Positions 30,362-40,319 of a DNA stretch of 64,000 bases are shown piece after piece. The notes under the pieces were generated by a model. The model was not told the origin of the DNA. It made no database searches and saw only the letters and a list, made by a program, of their open reading frames with translations. The translations under genes and the position numbers were made by a program. The stretch's first letter is position 1, and the number at the start of each line of letters is the position of its first letter. The stretch lies in assembly GCA_963745835.1 (NCBI GenBank), contig CAVUZH010000016.1, forward strand, positions 320,001 through 384,000, in the 5' to 3' direction. This DNA comes from an uncultured delta proteobacterium (GTDB lineage: Bacteria > Desulfobacterota > Binatia > UBA9968).

Positions 30362-30421
30362 CCCTAACTTGCGGGTGAGAGGCGCGGTCCCGCCGCGTCC
30401 TTCTCAACACAATAGTCAGCA
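30362..30421 (-). mobile_element. Integron attC-like site (R'' box degenerate)
   Basis: Minus strand: TGCTGAC-TATTGTGTTGAGAAGGACGCGG-CGGGA-CCGCGCCTCTCACCCGCAA-GTTAGGG, 60 bp. Confidence 0.7.
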
Positions 30422-30467
30422 ATTTTGTGGGTAATTGAACTCATGCCTTCTTCTCCGCCGTAGGTAA

Positions 30468-31301
30468 TTACTTTATCCCGACGCCAATAAGTACCTCACC
30501 GGGAACCTCAAGGCCGTTAGGCCCTTCAAAGCGCCTAAGTTGCTCTTCAATTTCGACCCAGGCTCTCTCACGTTCAGTCTCGTTTAATCGGTTCATGAGT
30601 TCCCTCATGTCACCGGCACCATTTCTCATTCTTCGAATAGCGTCAGCCGCAGATGGGAAACGTCGCTGTATAGGAATCGTATGAACAGACACATTGAGAA
30701 AACCAGTCCGCCTAAAGAGGTCTTCAAGTGCCCCTGGATCTCCGAGTGCGAACATCCAGGGTTCTCCTGGCGATGGAGGGGGTATGTTTCCTAAGCGCTG
30801 AACGATTGCGAAGACGATTCCTTGGTACGGATTCTTTTCTAAGGCGGAGAACACAATCACTGCGACTTTTCCTTCAGGCTTCACAACGCGCCGCATTTCT
30901 GTGAGCCCTTTCGCTGGGTTCGGAAATAACATCAGAGCTTGCCGACATATCACAGCGTCAAATGAGTCAACATCGAGTTCAAGATTCTCTGCGTTCATTA
31001 CGCGGGTTTCTACGTTCATGCGGCTCTCTTTACGGGCCACTTCGGCAGCTACACTTAGCATGCTAGAAGAATGATCCGTCGCCAATACGTACCCTCTTCC
31101 TCCAACGCGCTGAGCTGCCATAAGAGTTGACTCACCCGTGCCTGCCGCAACGTCAAGCACTCGGCTGCCTGCTTGGACACCGGCCAAGTCAAGCATCTTC
31201 TCCGTTGCAGCTCCGATAATTTGCTGCCGTGCCGCTTGTCCAGCTCTCCACCAATCGGCGCTCTCTTTGAGTTCCCATTTTTCACGTGGAAGAGTCGTCA
31301 T
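30468..31301 (-). CDS. UbiE-like class I SAM methyltransferase
   Basis: VLDVAAGTG, FDAVICR, EMRRVVKPEG; AGGAGG SD. Confidence 0.9.
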   Translation of the reverse strand: MTTLPREKWELKESADWWRAGQAARQQIIGAATEKMLDLAGVQAGSRVLDVAAGTGESTLMAAQRVGGRGYVLATDHSSSMLSVAAEVARKESRMNVETRVMNAENLELDVDSFDAVICRQALMLFPNPAKGLTEMRRVVKPEGKVAVIVFSALEKNPYQGIVFAIVQRLGNIPPPSPGEPWMFALGDPGALEDLFRRTGFLNVSVHTIPIQRRFPSAADAIRRMRNGAGDMRELMNRLNETERERAWVEIEEQLRRFEGPNGLEVPGEVLIGVGIK

Positions 31302-31348
31302 ATGTTGTCCTCCTATTTTGCGCGGGTCGATTGAAACCGATAAGTTTT

Positions 31349-31453
31349 CTCAGATGCCCGTTTATCCTCCCTCAACCCAACAAACTTGGAATGCCTCAAA
31401 TGACGTCCGGCGTCCATTCGGCGAACTCGATCTAGGCGACCAGCTCCGGTTCG
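31349..31453 (-). pseudogene. C-terminal fragment of an ATP-dependent (LigD-type) DNA ligase
   Basis: EPELVA*IEFAEWTPD/HLRHSKFVGLREDK with an internal TAG and a 1 nt deletion. Confidence 0.75.
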
Positions 31454-31508
31454 GATGATAACAACATGACTAGGTTTGATAGATGGAGAATACAGTTCAA
31501 TCCTGGGG

Positions 31509-32491
31509 TTACTGGATCACCTTGTCCGCTCTCGCCAGCATCTTCTGTGGAATTGTGAGGCCGATCTGCTTGGCGGTTTTGAGATTGATCACCAGCTCGA
31601 ACTTTGTCGGTTGCTCGACCGGCAAGTCGCCCGGTTTGGCGCCTTTGAGAATTTTGTCGACGTAGACAGCGGCGCGGCGGTACAACTCGGCAATGCTCGC
31701 GCCGTAGCTCATGAGCCCGCCGTCCTCAACATATTCCGGATTCATGTACATCGCCGGGAGGCGGCTCTTTGCCGCCAGCGCGGCAATTTGTGATCGGTGA
31801 GAGTTGATCAGCGGAGTCTCGAGCACGACGATCGCGTCGACGTTCCTCTTGCCGGTACTTCGGAATGCGGTCTCGATATCCTTAGGACTTTGCACCTTTA
31901 GGAAATGAGACTTCACTTTTAACGCTGCCGCCGCGAGCTCTACCTCTTTCAATATTTGTGCTTGTCCCGGGAGAGCCGCATCGCCAAGCACGCCGACGCG
32001 CAAAAGCCTGGGTACGGTCTCCTTCAATAGCTCCAGTTGCTTGCCGCTGATCTCAGGAGCTAGCCTGGACAAACCAGTGATGTTCCCGCCGGGCCGAGAA
32101 AGACTTGCGACGAACCCATTGCCGACGGGATCCGGATCCTGCGCCATCACGACCGGAATCGTGGCAGTCGCTTCCTTGGCGGCGCTCGTGACGGTCGTAC
32201 CAGCCGTGACGATGACATTTACCTTCAGACGCACAAGCTCCGCGGCATGCTGCTTCAGCCGGTCCAAGTTTCCCTCTGAATATCGCCATTCAATGATGAT
32301 GTTTTTCCCCCCGATATAGCCAAGCTCGCGCAAACCATGGCGAAATGCGTCGGTACGCGCCGAGATTGGGTAGCGGAGCCGCCGGTTAGAAATCCAATCC
32401 TGGGGATTTTCGTTGGCTGCTGCGCCGCGGCTACGACTGCAACAGCAAGCCCTACTACGACAAACAGGATTGATAAGACCGGTTTCCTCAT
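31509..32491 (-). pseudogene. ABC transporter substrate-binding protein (COG2984 type), frameshifted near the N-terminus
   Basis: Signal peptide plus AQQPTKIPRIGFL in one frame; AFRHGLRELGY...SLSRPGGNITG...LPVEQPTKFELVINLKTA in another; shift at ~32375. Confidence 0.85.
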
Positions 32492-32767
32492 TGCACACAT
32501 GCATTCGCTATGTATCACGCGGGCGGTAGTAGAGAAAGGTGAGATTTACGACGCAAGGCGACAGGGATTCGTTGACTGGGAAGACCAGATATAGTCTAGG
32601 ATTGAACTGTACGACGCTTCACTTCAACTGGAAAGATTGGTGGTAGTTCTGCCAATCTCTCCGCTTCGCCCCGATTCACCGACGATGTAACTTTAAGATC
32701 GGGTAAGCGATACCGTAAGGCTTCTGAATACAGGGGAAAGACAAACCAGCCGCCGTCCGCGATGGCG

Positions 32768-32976
32768 TGTGTAGTTGTGTAGTGCCTGGTGTTAAACTTT
32801 TTCTTTTCTCCACATAATAACTACCCCCGATCTCAACACTTTTCCCTTTATTCTCGAAAAACTATACACACCTATACACAGCCGGCGCGAAGCCGTACCG
32901 GGCGCGGGCGAGCGCATGTGTATACATTTCGGAACCGAGCCTTGCACGCCTAGTCACACCCGTCACGCCTGTATAC
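32768..32976. repeat. Cluster of short direct and inverted TGTGTA(G/TA) repeats (iteron-like)
   Basis: TGTGTAG x2 (32768, 32776), CTATACACA x2 (32862, 32872), TGTGTATA (32917), TGTATAC (32970) around a pyrimidine/AT-rich spacer. Confidence 0.55.
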
Positions 32977-33340
32977 GTATCGCTTTAACCTGATGTGCGC
33001 CTGTATCATCACCTTCCGTAAATCCGGTAGTGGCCCCAAGCGAGTTTTAGAACTGGCTTTCCCTTGTTCGGTGCGGCGTCTGTTGAACGCCGCATAGTCT
33101 TAACGCCCTAGGACAGACTTCTCATGACAATGACGCGGCGCGTCATCATTGCCGTCGCGCGGCATTTTTACCGGTACGACCGCGCTCCTTCCGACTCCCG
33201 TCTGTTCTTCTCGTTTTGCTGGCACGTCGCTTGAAGATTTCCGTGGGTAAGGGGGGAACAGATGAAAACCCGGAAAGAACTTCGGACCTGCACAGAATGT
33301 CATAAGGATTACTCGATCCATCAGAACCACCTCGGCGGAA

Positions 33341-33718
33341 ATGCCGCTGATGGCTCATGGCACGAAGGACTCAATTAGTTCGGTGGCGAAAGCAAAATCG
33401 GTTTACGCTAAACGCGGTGATGCGAATTCTTGTGGCGACTCGCTCGCACTCGCGCTTAAGGAACATTGCCATAGCGAGGATGGCTTCGACGTCGGCAAGT
33501 TCGAACGTGTGCTTAAGGGAAATGACATTGATTTGGAACATCGACCGGCAAACTCACGGTTGGATCGGAAGGTTTCGTATGAACGGAGGCCAAAAGGTAG
33601 CAGCAGCCGCGCGAAAAACGGATACATTTTAGTCAGTGGTGAAAAGGTCCGAGCGCCCGGAGCGAAGAGCATGGACGAAAGTCAAAGCGGTTGTAGTCGA
33701 GAGTTAAAGCCGCCTTAG
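33341..33718 (+). pseudogene. Degenerate phage-like hypothetical gene, copy 1
   Basis: YAKRGDANSCGDSLALAL...FERVLKGNDID / THGWIGRFRMNGGQK / GYILVSGEKVRAPGAK across two frameshifts; homologous to 40320-40489. Confidence 0.55.
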
Positions 33719-34063
33719 TAAAAGATAGGTTGCCCGCTTAATTGGTCCCCTTGCAGACGAATAGAAACAGCGCTTGTGAAAGGTATGTATGGGCTAGCTT
33801 AAAAAGATATCCATACCTCGATCGCTCCAGGTTATCTTAGGCTTAGGATGCTCTCTTTCTTCCTCGGAGAGTCTTTGATCAGTGAACTCTCATTAAAGCC
33901 ATCTGTCTTGACCCAATCCGCGATCGCTTCGACGACACGGATATCGCAGTACGAAGAGCTGTGAAACAGCTTGCCTGAATCAACGCTGAACACCGGGTCG
34001 AGCCACTGCTTTGGAGACCCACACGACTTGCAAGGCAGGGATAAAGTGAGGCTCCGATGTAGC

Positions 34064-34465
34064 CTATAATTCCTTATCGGTGACTGCTCGGTGAATTATT
34101 TCCAGCAGCTCACTCGGCATGAAAGGCTTTGTCAGGACTCGTAATAGTTCGGGGCGCGGTATGACCTCCATCATTGCCGTCGGATCACCGCTTATAAGCA
34201 CTATCGGAATGCCTTTTAACTTGTGGCGTATGCGCTTCACCAACTCCACACCATCCAACCCTGGCATTCTGATGTCGGATACAACAACATTGAAACGGCT
34301 GTTATCGAGCTGTTTGAGCGCCTCAAAGCCGTCGTGGGCTTGTTCTACTTCAAGTCCCATTAGTCTCAGGTAGATAGTTAGTGCTTGGAGATTATTTACG
34401 TCGTCTTCGACCAACAGGACCTTTGTGACCACAAAAAACGCGTCCGCAATATTCGGACCGTACAA
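34064..34465 (-). CDS. Single-domain response regulator (REC); true start probably a few codons downstream
   Basis: KVLLVEDD, SDIRMPGLDG, ISG, KPF. Confidence 0.88.
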   Translation of the reverse strand: MYGPNIADAFFVVTKVLLVEDDVNNLQALTIYLRLMGLEVEQAHDGFEALKQLDNSRFNVVVSDIRMPGLDGVELVKRIRHKLKGIPIVLISGDPTAMMEVIPRPELLRVLTKPFMPSELLEIIHRAVTDKEL

Positions 34466-34534
34466 AGGACATCGGAATGCTTCTTCATGTCAGAATTACG
34501 TTGCATAACTGGGATAATCTTCTTCGGCCATGCG

Positions 34535-35722
34535 TCACGGGTGAGATAACAAACGGTCACGTAATGACGGAGGGTACGCCGCGTGATGCTCGGTCCCGGC
34601 ACAAGGCAGCCGTACCTCGAACGTGGTCCCCTCCTGCGCAGTCGAAGTGACGCTTATCTTCCCGGCGTGCGCTTCAACGATCTTCCCCGTGATATAAAGG
34701 CCAATTCCTAAATGGCCGAGTTCAGTCGTCATGCCTCCATTCTCGGTTCGTCTCTGGGCGGAAAAATCAAATGTTGTCGGAATTTTGGACGCCGCTATAG
34801 GCGGACCATCATTATGTACTTGAATCACGATTTCACCGCCCGCTATCCAACTAGCGATGCCTATTGGGCTTGTTTCAGCCCCATGCTGAATCGCATTGGC
34901 GATCAGGTTCGATAGCATCTGTCGAATACGAACCTCGTCAACAGCACATTGAGCTTCTTCATTGCAATTGAGTTCGATAGTCCGGTTCGGGTGTGCTGCC
35001 GAAAACGATGCCACAGTCGATTCAAGAATCGGGCGAAGGCACATAGGCTCCCGTTTTACTGAAAGCGAGCGGCCCAGTCGTGTGCCAGTGAAGTCGAGCA
35101 ATGTGTCTATCAACTTGCTCATCTGCATGCCGCTGTCAAAGATAATAGAGCTAAGCGTTGCGATCGTCTCGTCATCACGCGCTTTCGCTATCTTGAGGCA
35201 TTCTGCCGACGTTATCACCGCGTTTAGTGGGTTGCGTAAGTCATGGGCTAGAACGGCGAGGGCAAAATCTCGGGCTGCCTCAACTTCCTGCATAAAGCGC
35301 ATGGTCGACTCACCAAGAGCTTGATCAAGTCCTTCATTGAACCGGGTTAGTTGATAAAGATCGGATGCGTCAGGCTGCGGTGAGCTGGCGAGCCAGAGTC
35401 GAATGACAGATGCGCGGAGGGCGCGGTATTCGGAAACGACTTGTACTTGGTTGAAACCCGTCCGAAGACGCTGGGTACTATGAGTTTCTGCGGCAGTTTC
35501 CGGGTCTCTGATAGGTGCGAGACCCTTCGACTTTTCGGCCTGCTCTAAGTCCGTTTGCGTTGTTTCCATGTCCAAGGCGATAGCCTTTAGGATTTCCGGC
35601 GCATGATCACGCAACGCAAGTTTATCTAAGTTCGTCGCGGGAAGGATCGTTCCCGCAAAAGATTCCCATTCAGCGAGAATCTCGGCCATATTCGACAGAA
35701 TAAATTCTGATAGACGCACCAT
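34535..35722 (-). CDS. Cytoplasmic sensor histidine kinase with an RsbRD_N-like N-terminus
   Basis: RLSEFILSN..ILAEWESFA, EYRALRASV, AHDLRNPL, NLIANAIQH, LGIGLYI, GTTF. Confidence 0.9.
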   Translation of the reverse strand: MVRLSEFILSNMAEILAEWESFAGTILPATNLDKLALRDHAPEILKAIALDMETTQTDLEQAEKSKGLAPIRDPETAAETHSTQRLRTGFNQVQVVSEYRALRASVIRLWLASSPQPDASDLYQLTRFNEGLDQALGESTMRFMQEVEAARDFALAVLAHDLRNPLNAVITSAECLKIAKARDDETIATLSSIIFDSGMQMSKLIDTLLDFTGTRLGRSLSVKREPMCLRPILESTVASFSAAHPNRTIELNCNEEAQCAVDEVRIRQMLSNLIANAIQHGAETSPIGIASWIAGGEIVIQVHNDGPPIAASKIPTTFDFSAQRRTENGGMTTELGHLGIGLYITGKIVEAHAGKISVTSTAQEGTTFEVRLPCAGTEHHAAYPPSLRDRLLSHP

Positions 35723-35980
35723 GTCTCCTTGCAACTAATTATGTATGAATGGATTAAGAGCTGATCCCTAATGCCCTTTAGCTATAACATGCGAGTGAAT
35801 CCATCGCTACGACTTCGCCGTCGAGTAGTGTACGCGGCGGAAGCTGTTCCACATGCTTTGGCAATGTTCGGGAATTGCGACGGCGTTCGAGCAGACGGTA
35901 TATCGGAGTTATTTTGGTTCAACTCGACGTGATTCCAAATTCACTTGCCCGCGCTGGCTCGTTTTTATGCTTGGTATTTC

Positions 35981-36916
35981 TCACGACAGCTGCTGGTTGT
36001 GGTCATAGGCTTTGCCGGGGACGGGTCTGAGGTCCCAGATGAGTCCAATGGCGGCGAAAAACTTAAGAGCATAGTACGTCAAATCGATTTCCCACCAATA
36101 AAATCCTTGTCGGGTACAACTCCTAAACTTGTGATGGTTGTTGTGCCAACCTTCGCCTAGGGTAAACAAAGCGAGCATAAAATTATTGCGGCTATCGTCA
36201 CCTGTGTCATAGCGGCGGCGGCCGATCAGATGCGCCAGCGAATTGATGCTCGCCGTGGCATGAAACAACATTATCGTACTAACCACGAAACCCCAGACTA
36301 CTAGCTGCCACCCTGTAACTCCCAAAGATGGAGCGGCGTAATGAAGCAAACGACCGACGAAGTAAAGCGTCACTGCAAGAATGATTGGAACGATCACGTC
36401 AAAACGATTCAACCATCGCAACTCGGGGAAGCGGGCAAAGTCCTGTACGCGGCGATAGTCCGTTAAGAAATGCCGATTGGTCATGAACCATCCGATGTGT
36501 GATCGCCAGAAACCATGTCGAATCGGTGAGTGGGGATCGGGTTGCATATCGGAAAATTTATGATGACTCCGATGATGCGCGGCCCACCACAGCGGCCCAC
36601 GTTGCGCTGACGATGCACCTAATAACGCAAACACAAATTGCATCCATCGCGACGTCCGGTATGTGCGGTGCGAAAAGTAACGATGGTATATACCTGTGAT
36701 AGCAAACATGCGTACTACATAAAGGCCCAGCGCAGTGCATAAGGCGAAGCCACTCCATCCCACCCACCACACGGCGAGACACGCCAGATGAAGCAGCAGA
36801 AACGGTAAGCAGCGGCACCAATTGATGCGATCTACATTAGAGGCGTCTGTCGCGGGCGCCGAAACATTTTGTTCAGAATCGATCCATTGGGAAAAGTAAC
36901 TGACTAAATTATGCAT
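35981..36916 (-). CDS. Acyl-CoA (delta-9 type) fatty acid desaturase
   Basis: His boxes HRYFSH, HRSHH, GEGWHNNHH; WWEIDLTYY. Confidence 0.92.
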   Translation of the reverse strand: MHNLVSYFSQWIDSEQNVSAPATDASNVDRINWCRCLPFLLLHLACLAVWWVGWSGFALCTALGLYVVRMFAITGIYHRYFSHRTYRTSRWMQFVFALLGASSAQRGPLWWAAHHRSHHKFSDMQPDPHSPIRHGFWRSHIGWFMTNRHFLTDYRRVQDFARFPELRWLNRFDVIVPIILAVTLYFVGRLLHYAAPSLGVTGWQLVVWGFVVSTIMLFHATASINSLAHLIGRRRYDTGDDSRNNFMLALFTLGEGWHNNHHKFRSCTRQGFYWWEIDLTYYALKFFAAIGLIWDLRPVPGKAYDHNQQLS

Positions 36917-37002
36917 ACACCTTTCTTAAACGCACGCACAGCAACACTGCCGTTAGTCGTTCATCTAGTTAATGAGTTAATTGAAGGAGCACGCAGGACA
37001 GC

Positions 37003-37017
37003 GCAATTGATGTGCCA
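37003..37017 (-). promoter_or_regulatory. Sigma54 (-24/-12) promoter for the desaturase gene
   Basis: Minus strand TGGCAC-ATCAA-TTGC, an exact TGGCAC-N5-TTGC match. Confidence 0.65.
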
Positions 37018-37369
37018 GAATTATCTGACGTGATAGTTGCTGCATCGTGCCGGTAACGCAACGATTTGATGTGTTGTGTGTCAGATCAAACCCGCGGTCT
37101 CACTAAGGAGCAAAAAAATTCTTGACCCGAAATCTGGGCAGGACCTAACTGGAGCGCGAAGGTTTAGCTGATCTCTTACGTCGGTTAGCATCTGACGTTC
37201 ACGGGCTATAAAGAGGCCACTCGGATAGTGACTGCTGAGTTTTCATTTTCAACTGTCGCTGTCCTGAATATAGCTCGATTGCTTCGTAGCTATTCTTAAC
37301 CGTGAAACGTTTTTGAGGCACTCGCGTATCGAAGAGTAATGTTTTAACGCAAATGCTGGCCACGCTCCT

Positions 37370-37384
37370 TGGCACGTGGCTTGC
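37370..37384 (+). promoter_or_regulatory. Sigma54 (-24/-12) promoter for the general stress protein gene
   Basis: TGGCAC-GTGGC-TTGC, exact consensus. Confidence 0.65.
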
Positions 37385-37560
37385 GCTACAGTAATCGTAG
37401 GTTAGTCCTCTTCTCGACAGTCAATCCCCAAACTGGCCGCGCATCGTTCTAAGCCGAAGAGAAATCGCCGGCGATTTTGTCGTTTAACACGCAGCGGATG
37501 TAAGAAGGTGAGGAGTAAAATTGTTTCATCAACCTAAGAATCATAAGAAGGAGAATCAGA

Positions 37561-38686
37561 ATGCCGAATGTTGTTGGTTTGTTCGATAGCCGATCCGAAG
37601 CACACTCCACAGTGCAGCAGCTGGTAAATTCCGGTTTCGACCGCGAAGATATCAGCCTCGTTTCCCAAGACACTGATAGAGAGTCAAACGAAGGTAAAAC
37701 TCATCCGGGAATTAGTGGGTCGGATCTCTCCGATACCGAAGGATGATACCAGCGGAGCTCTCAAGGGCGCGGGCATCGGTGCCGCTCTGGGTGGAATTGG
37801 TGGACTACTGGCGGGAATTGCTGGGCTTGCTATTCCCGTTATCGGACCTATCGTCGCAGCCGGACCGATTGCAGCTGCACTGACCGCCGCCTTGGGTGGC
37901 GCGGGAGTCGGTGCCGCCACAGGCGGTTTGATCGGCGCCTTGACCGATATGGGCGTCCCTGAACACGAAGCCAAGCACTATCAAGATCAGGTCGGACGTG
38001 GAAAAACACTCGTGATAGTCAGAGCAAGCGACGACGATTCCGCGGAGCGTGCGGCGGATATCTTGGAATCTTGCGGCGCTGAGAAAATTGCTGGGCGCGA
38101 GACTGATACTGATTACAGCGCTGATCGTCCAAGCGCATTCGGCGGAGAGACCCAGTCCCGTGATGATGAGTTTAGCGAACGCCAGACACTCCGTGATGAC
38201 AGGTCTGAAGTTAATCCTGGCGAGCGCGACATTAACTACCGAACGGCGCGAGTAGACGAATCAGGAGTAAGAGCCGGTCAAGAGAGCTTCAGCCCGGAGG
38301 ATCGAGTCATTCCAGTGACTGAAGAACAGTTGGTTGTTGGAAAGCGGGCTGTGCAAAGCGGACGCGTACGTATTTACGGCCGTGCCACTGAGAAGCCGGT
38401 CGAACAATCAGTGCAACTACAGAGTGAACGGGTAACGGTTGATCGACGTGCGGTAGATCGGCCTGTTGGCGCCGGCGATAAAAAAGATGACGTTGTAATC
38501 GAGATTACTGAAACGAAAGAGGAGCCGGTTATCGGCAAACAAGAACGCGTCGTTGAGGAAATCGTTATTGGCAAAACGACAGAGGAACACACCGAAACGG
38601 TGCGCGACACCGTGCGTCGTAAAGACGTCGAAATAGAAAGAACTGGTAATGAGGAAAGATTGAGAGAAGAAGACAACCGACGTTAA
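37561..38686 (+). pseudogene. General stress protein (YflT-like N-terminus, glycine zipper, YsnF/DUF2382 domain), frameshifted
   Basis: MPNVVGLFD..EA...L..SGF..EDISLV in one frame; GAGIGAALGG...IPVTEEQLVVGKR..ETVRDTVRRKDVEIE in the next; 1 nt shift at ~37740; AAGGAG SD. Confidence 0.82.
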
Positions 38687-38705
38687 TTCACTTCACTGGA
38701 TTGAA

Positions 38706-38750
38706 TGGTCGCCCCTCTTGCATCAAAGAGGGCGACCAACAATTCTTCTT
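38706..38750 (+). terminator. Probable intrinsic terminator
   Basis: TGGTCGCCCCTCTT / AAGAGGGCGACCA hairpin 20 bp after the stop at 38686, followed by a T-rich tail. Confidence 0.55.
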
Positions 38751-38793
38751 TCCCGCCGTACAGGTTCAAAAAGCTAAGTATCGAGGAGATGTC

Positions 38794-38919
38794 ATGGCAC
38801 TCCCAGTAACCGCCAGTCATTGCATCTGCACGCATCGCGATCATCAAGGCAGACCATGTCCGAATACCGATTTCGATGCCCAAACATTACTCTGTTCAAC
38901 TTGCAAAACAGGCCATTGA
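38794..38919 (+). CDS. 41 aa Cys/His-rich microprotein
   Basis: GAGGAG SD; MALPVTASHCICTHRDHQGRPCPNTDFDAQTLLCSTCKTGH. Confidence 0.5.
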   Translation: MALPVTASHCICTHRDHQGRPCPNTDFDAQTLLCSTCKTGH

Positions 38920-39273
38920 AAAACCAGTCGCTTTGTTTTCAGGATATTCCCAAGAGCACCTGCCTGGTTTAATTTCGCATTGACGCCATTATACCGGCCG
39001 CAATGGTCACGAATGAAACACGCTGGGGCGCAGGGTATTTTCTTTACAATCGATCAGCAGTTTAGACGGACGGGGAAGCCGTTGCGATCTGTTGGACGTC
39101 GGTGAATGTGAGCAAACGACAGTAAGCAATTGAGATTGAGAGACGGTGAGTTTTCCGGTTTGGAGCGGCAAAGAAACTGCGGGAGAAATCGATGCGCAGA
39201 ACTTGCTCGTCGAGATCGGCAGCGAGCCGCTCGAAGGCTCACGCTTCGAGATTGAGCCTTCGAGGTTACCTAA

Positions 39274-39804
39274 GTGATGATATTGCTGGATAGGTTGGAT
39301 GCGTTCGATGGTGAAGAGCTGACCGTCATCATCGAGACGCCCAAAGGCTCCCAGAACAAGTACGCCTACGACCCGCGGTTTGGAACCTTCGTGCTTGACG
39401 GTGTATTGCCCGCTGGCGCCGTCTTCCCTTTTGACTTCGGCTTCGTGCCGTCAACGATTGGGGATGACGGTGATCCCCTCGACGTGCTGGTTCTCATGGA
39501 TGCCGCCGCGTTTACCGGCTGTATCGTTGCGTCACGGCTGATCGGCGTCATCGAGGCTGAGCAGACGGAGAACAGCAAGACCTTTCGGAACGACCGGCTG
39601 ATCGCAGTTGCAGCGAAATCGATCACGCATCGATCGCTTGGCGACATCAGTGATGTAAGCGACGACTTGGTCGGCCAAATCGAGCACTTCTTCATCTCCT
39701 ACAACATGGCAAAGGGCAAGACGTTCGAGCCGAAGGGGCGTTCCGGACAGGAGCGGGCGTTGGCGCTCGTAAGGACGGGCATGGCGCGAGCCGACAGAGC
39801 TTGA
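39274..39804 (+). CDS. ppa: Soluble inorganic pyrophosphatase (family I)
   Basis: IETPKGSQNKY, FGFVPST..DDGDPLDVLV, IEHFF..YN. Confidence 0.92.
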   Translation: MMILLDRLDAFDGEELTVIIETPKGSQNKYAYDPRFGTFVLDGVLPAGAVFPFDFGFVPSTIGDDGDPLDVLVLMDAAAFTGCIVASRLIGVIEAEQTENSKTFRNDRLIAVAAKSITHRSLGDISDVSDDLVGQIEHFFISYNMAKGKTFEPKGRSGQERALALVRTGMARADRA

Positions 39805-40319
39805 TCGAGGTGGGCATTCCGATCTCGGCCACCCGATAATGCATCCCGCTGCAAACTCTCGCTTCGTTTAAACTTGGTAGTAAACGGATTGCATAACGAT
39901 CCGGCGGATCCGGACGACGAAGAATCCGCGCCGTCTCGATGCACAGATTGGGAGCCTTAGGAACGAACAGCACATAGTGCAGGACAAGAGGGTAGAACCC
40001 CTTGATGTGCGTTCCGTATCATTCTTAACACCTAGTGAATTCGAGTCTCAGTTATTAAATGAGTTGCTCTGTCGAGTGGCGGTGTCCGTTTGAAGGTAAC
40101 CAATTTGGTTATCCGAGTTCCTTTAGTTGCGTAATCCTCTCATTACCTTCGTTGGTGCCCGGTAGTAGTCCTCAACTGAGTTTTAGAACTGTCTACCCCG
40201 CGTTTGGTTCAGCGTTCGTCAGATGACGTGGTTCTTTTGTTGCTGTCACATTGAACATCTCAAAACAAAACGCTCCGCAATGAAGGCTCCGGCAACAATA
40301 AGATCCGGCATCCGGTACT

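Noticed and set aside
31476-31793. Plus-strand ORF LLDHLVRSRQH...
   Set aside because: Antisense shadow of the COG2984 SBP gene; most short ORFs overlapping long genes were dismissed for the same reason.
33850-34050. Open minus-strand frame ending ...FHSSSYCDIRVVEAIADWVK...
   Set aside because: Possibly a truncated cargo gene end, but there is no start and no family I can name.
37143-37190. ACCTAAC...GTTAGCA as a further attC site
   Set aside because: Too short, poor internal pairing and not positioned after a gene.
38701-38793. TTG start of the 72 aa ORF in the track
   Set aside because: Overlaps the terminator hairpin; the ATG at 38794 has a much better SD.
33044-40191. GTTTTAGAACTG twice (33044, 40180), reminiscent of type II CRISPR repeat starts
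   Set aside because: Only two copies 7 kb apart, both inside a larger duplicated block; no spacer periodicity and no cas genes.
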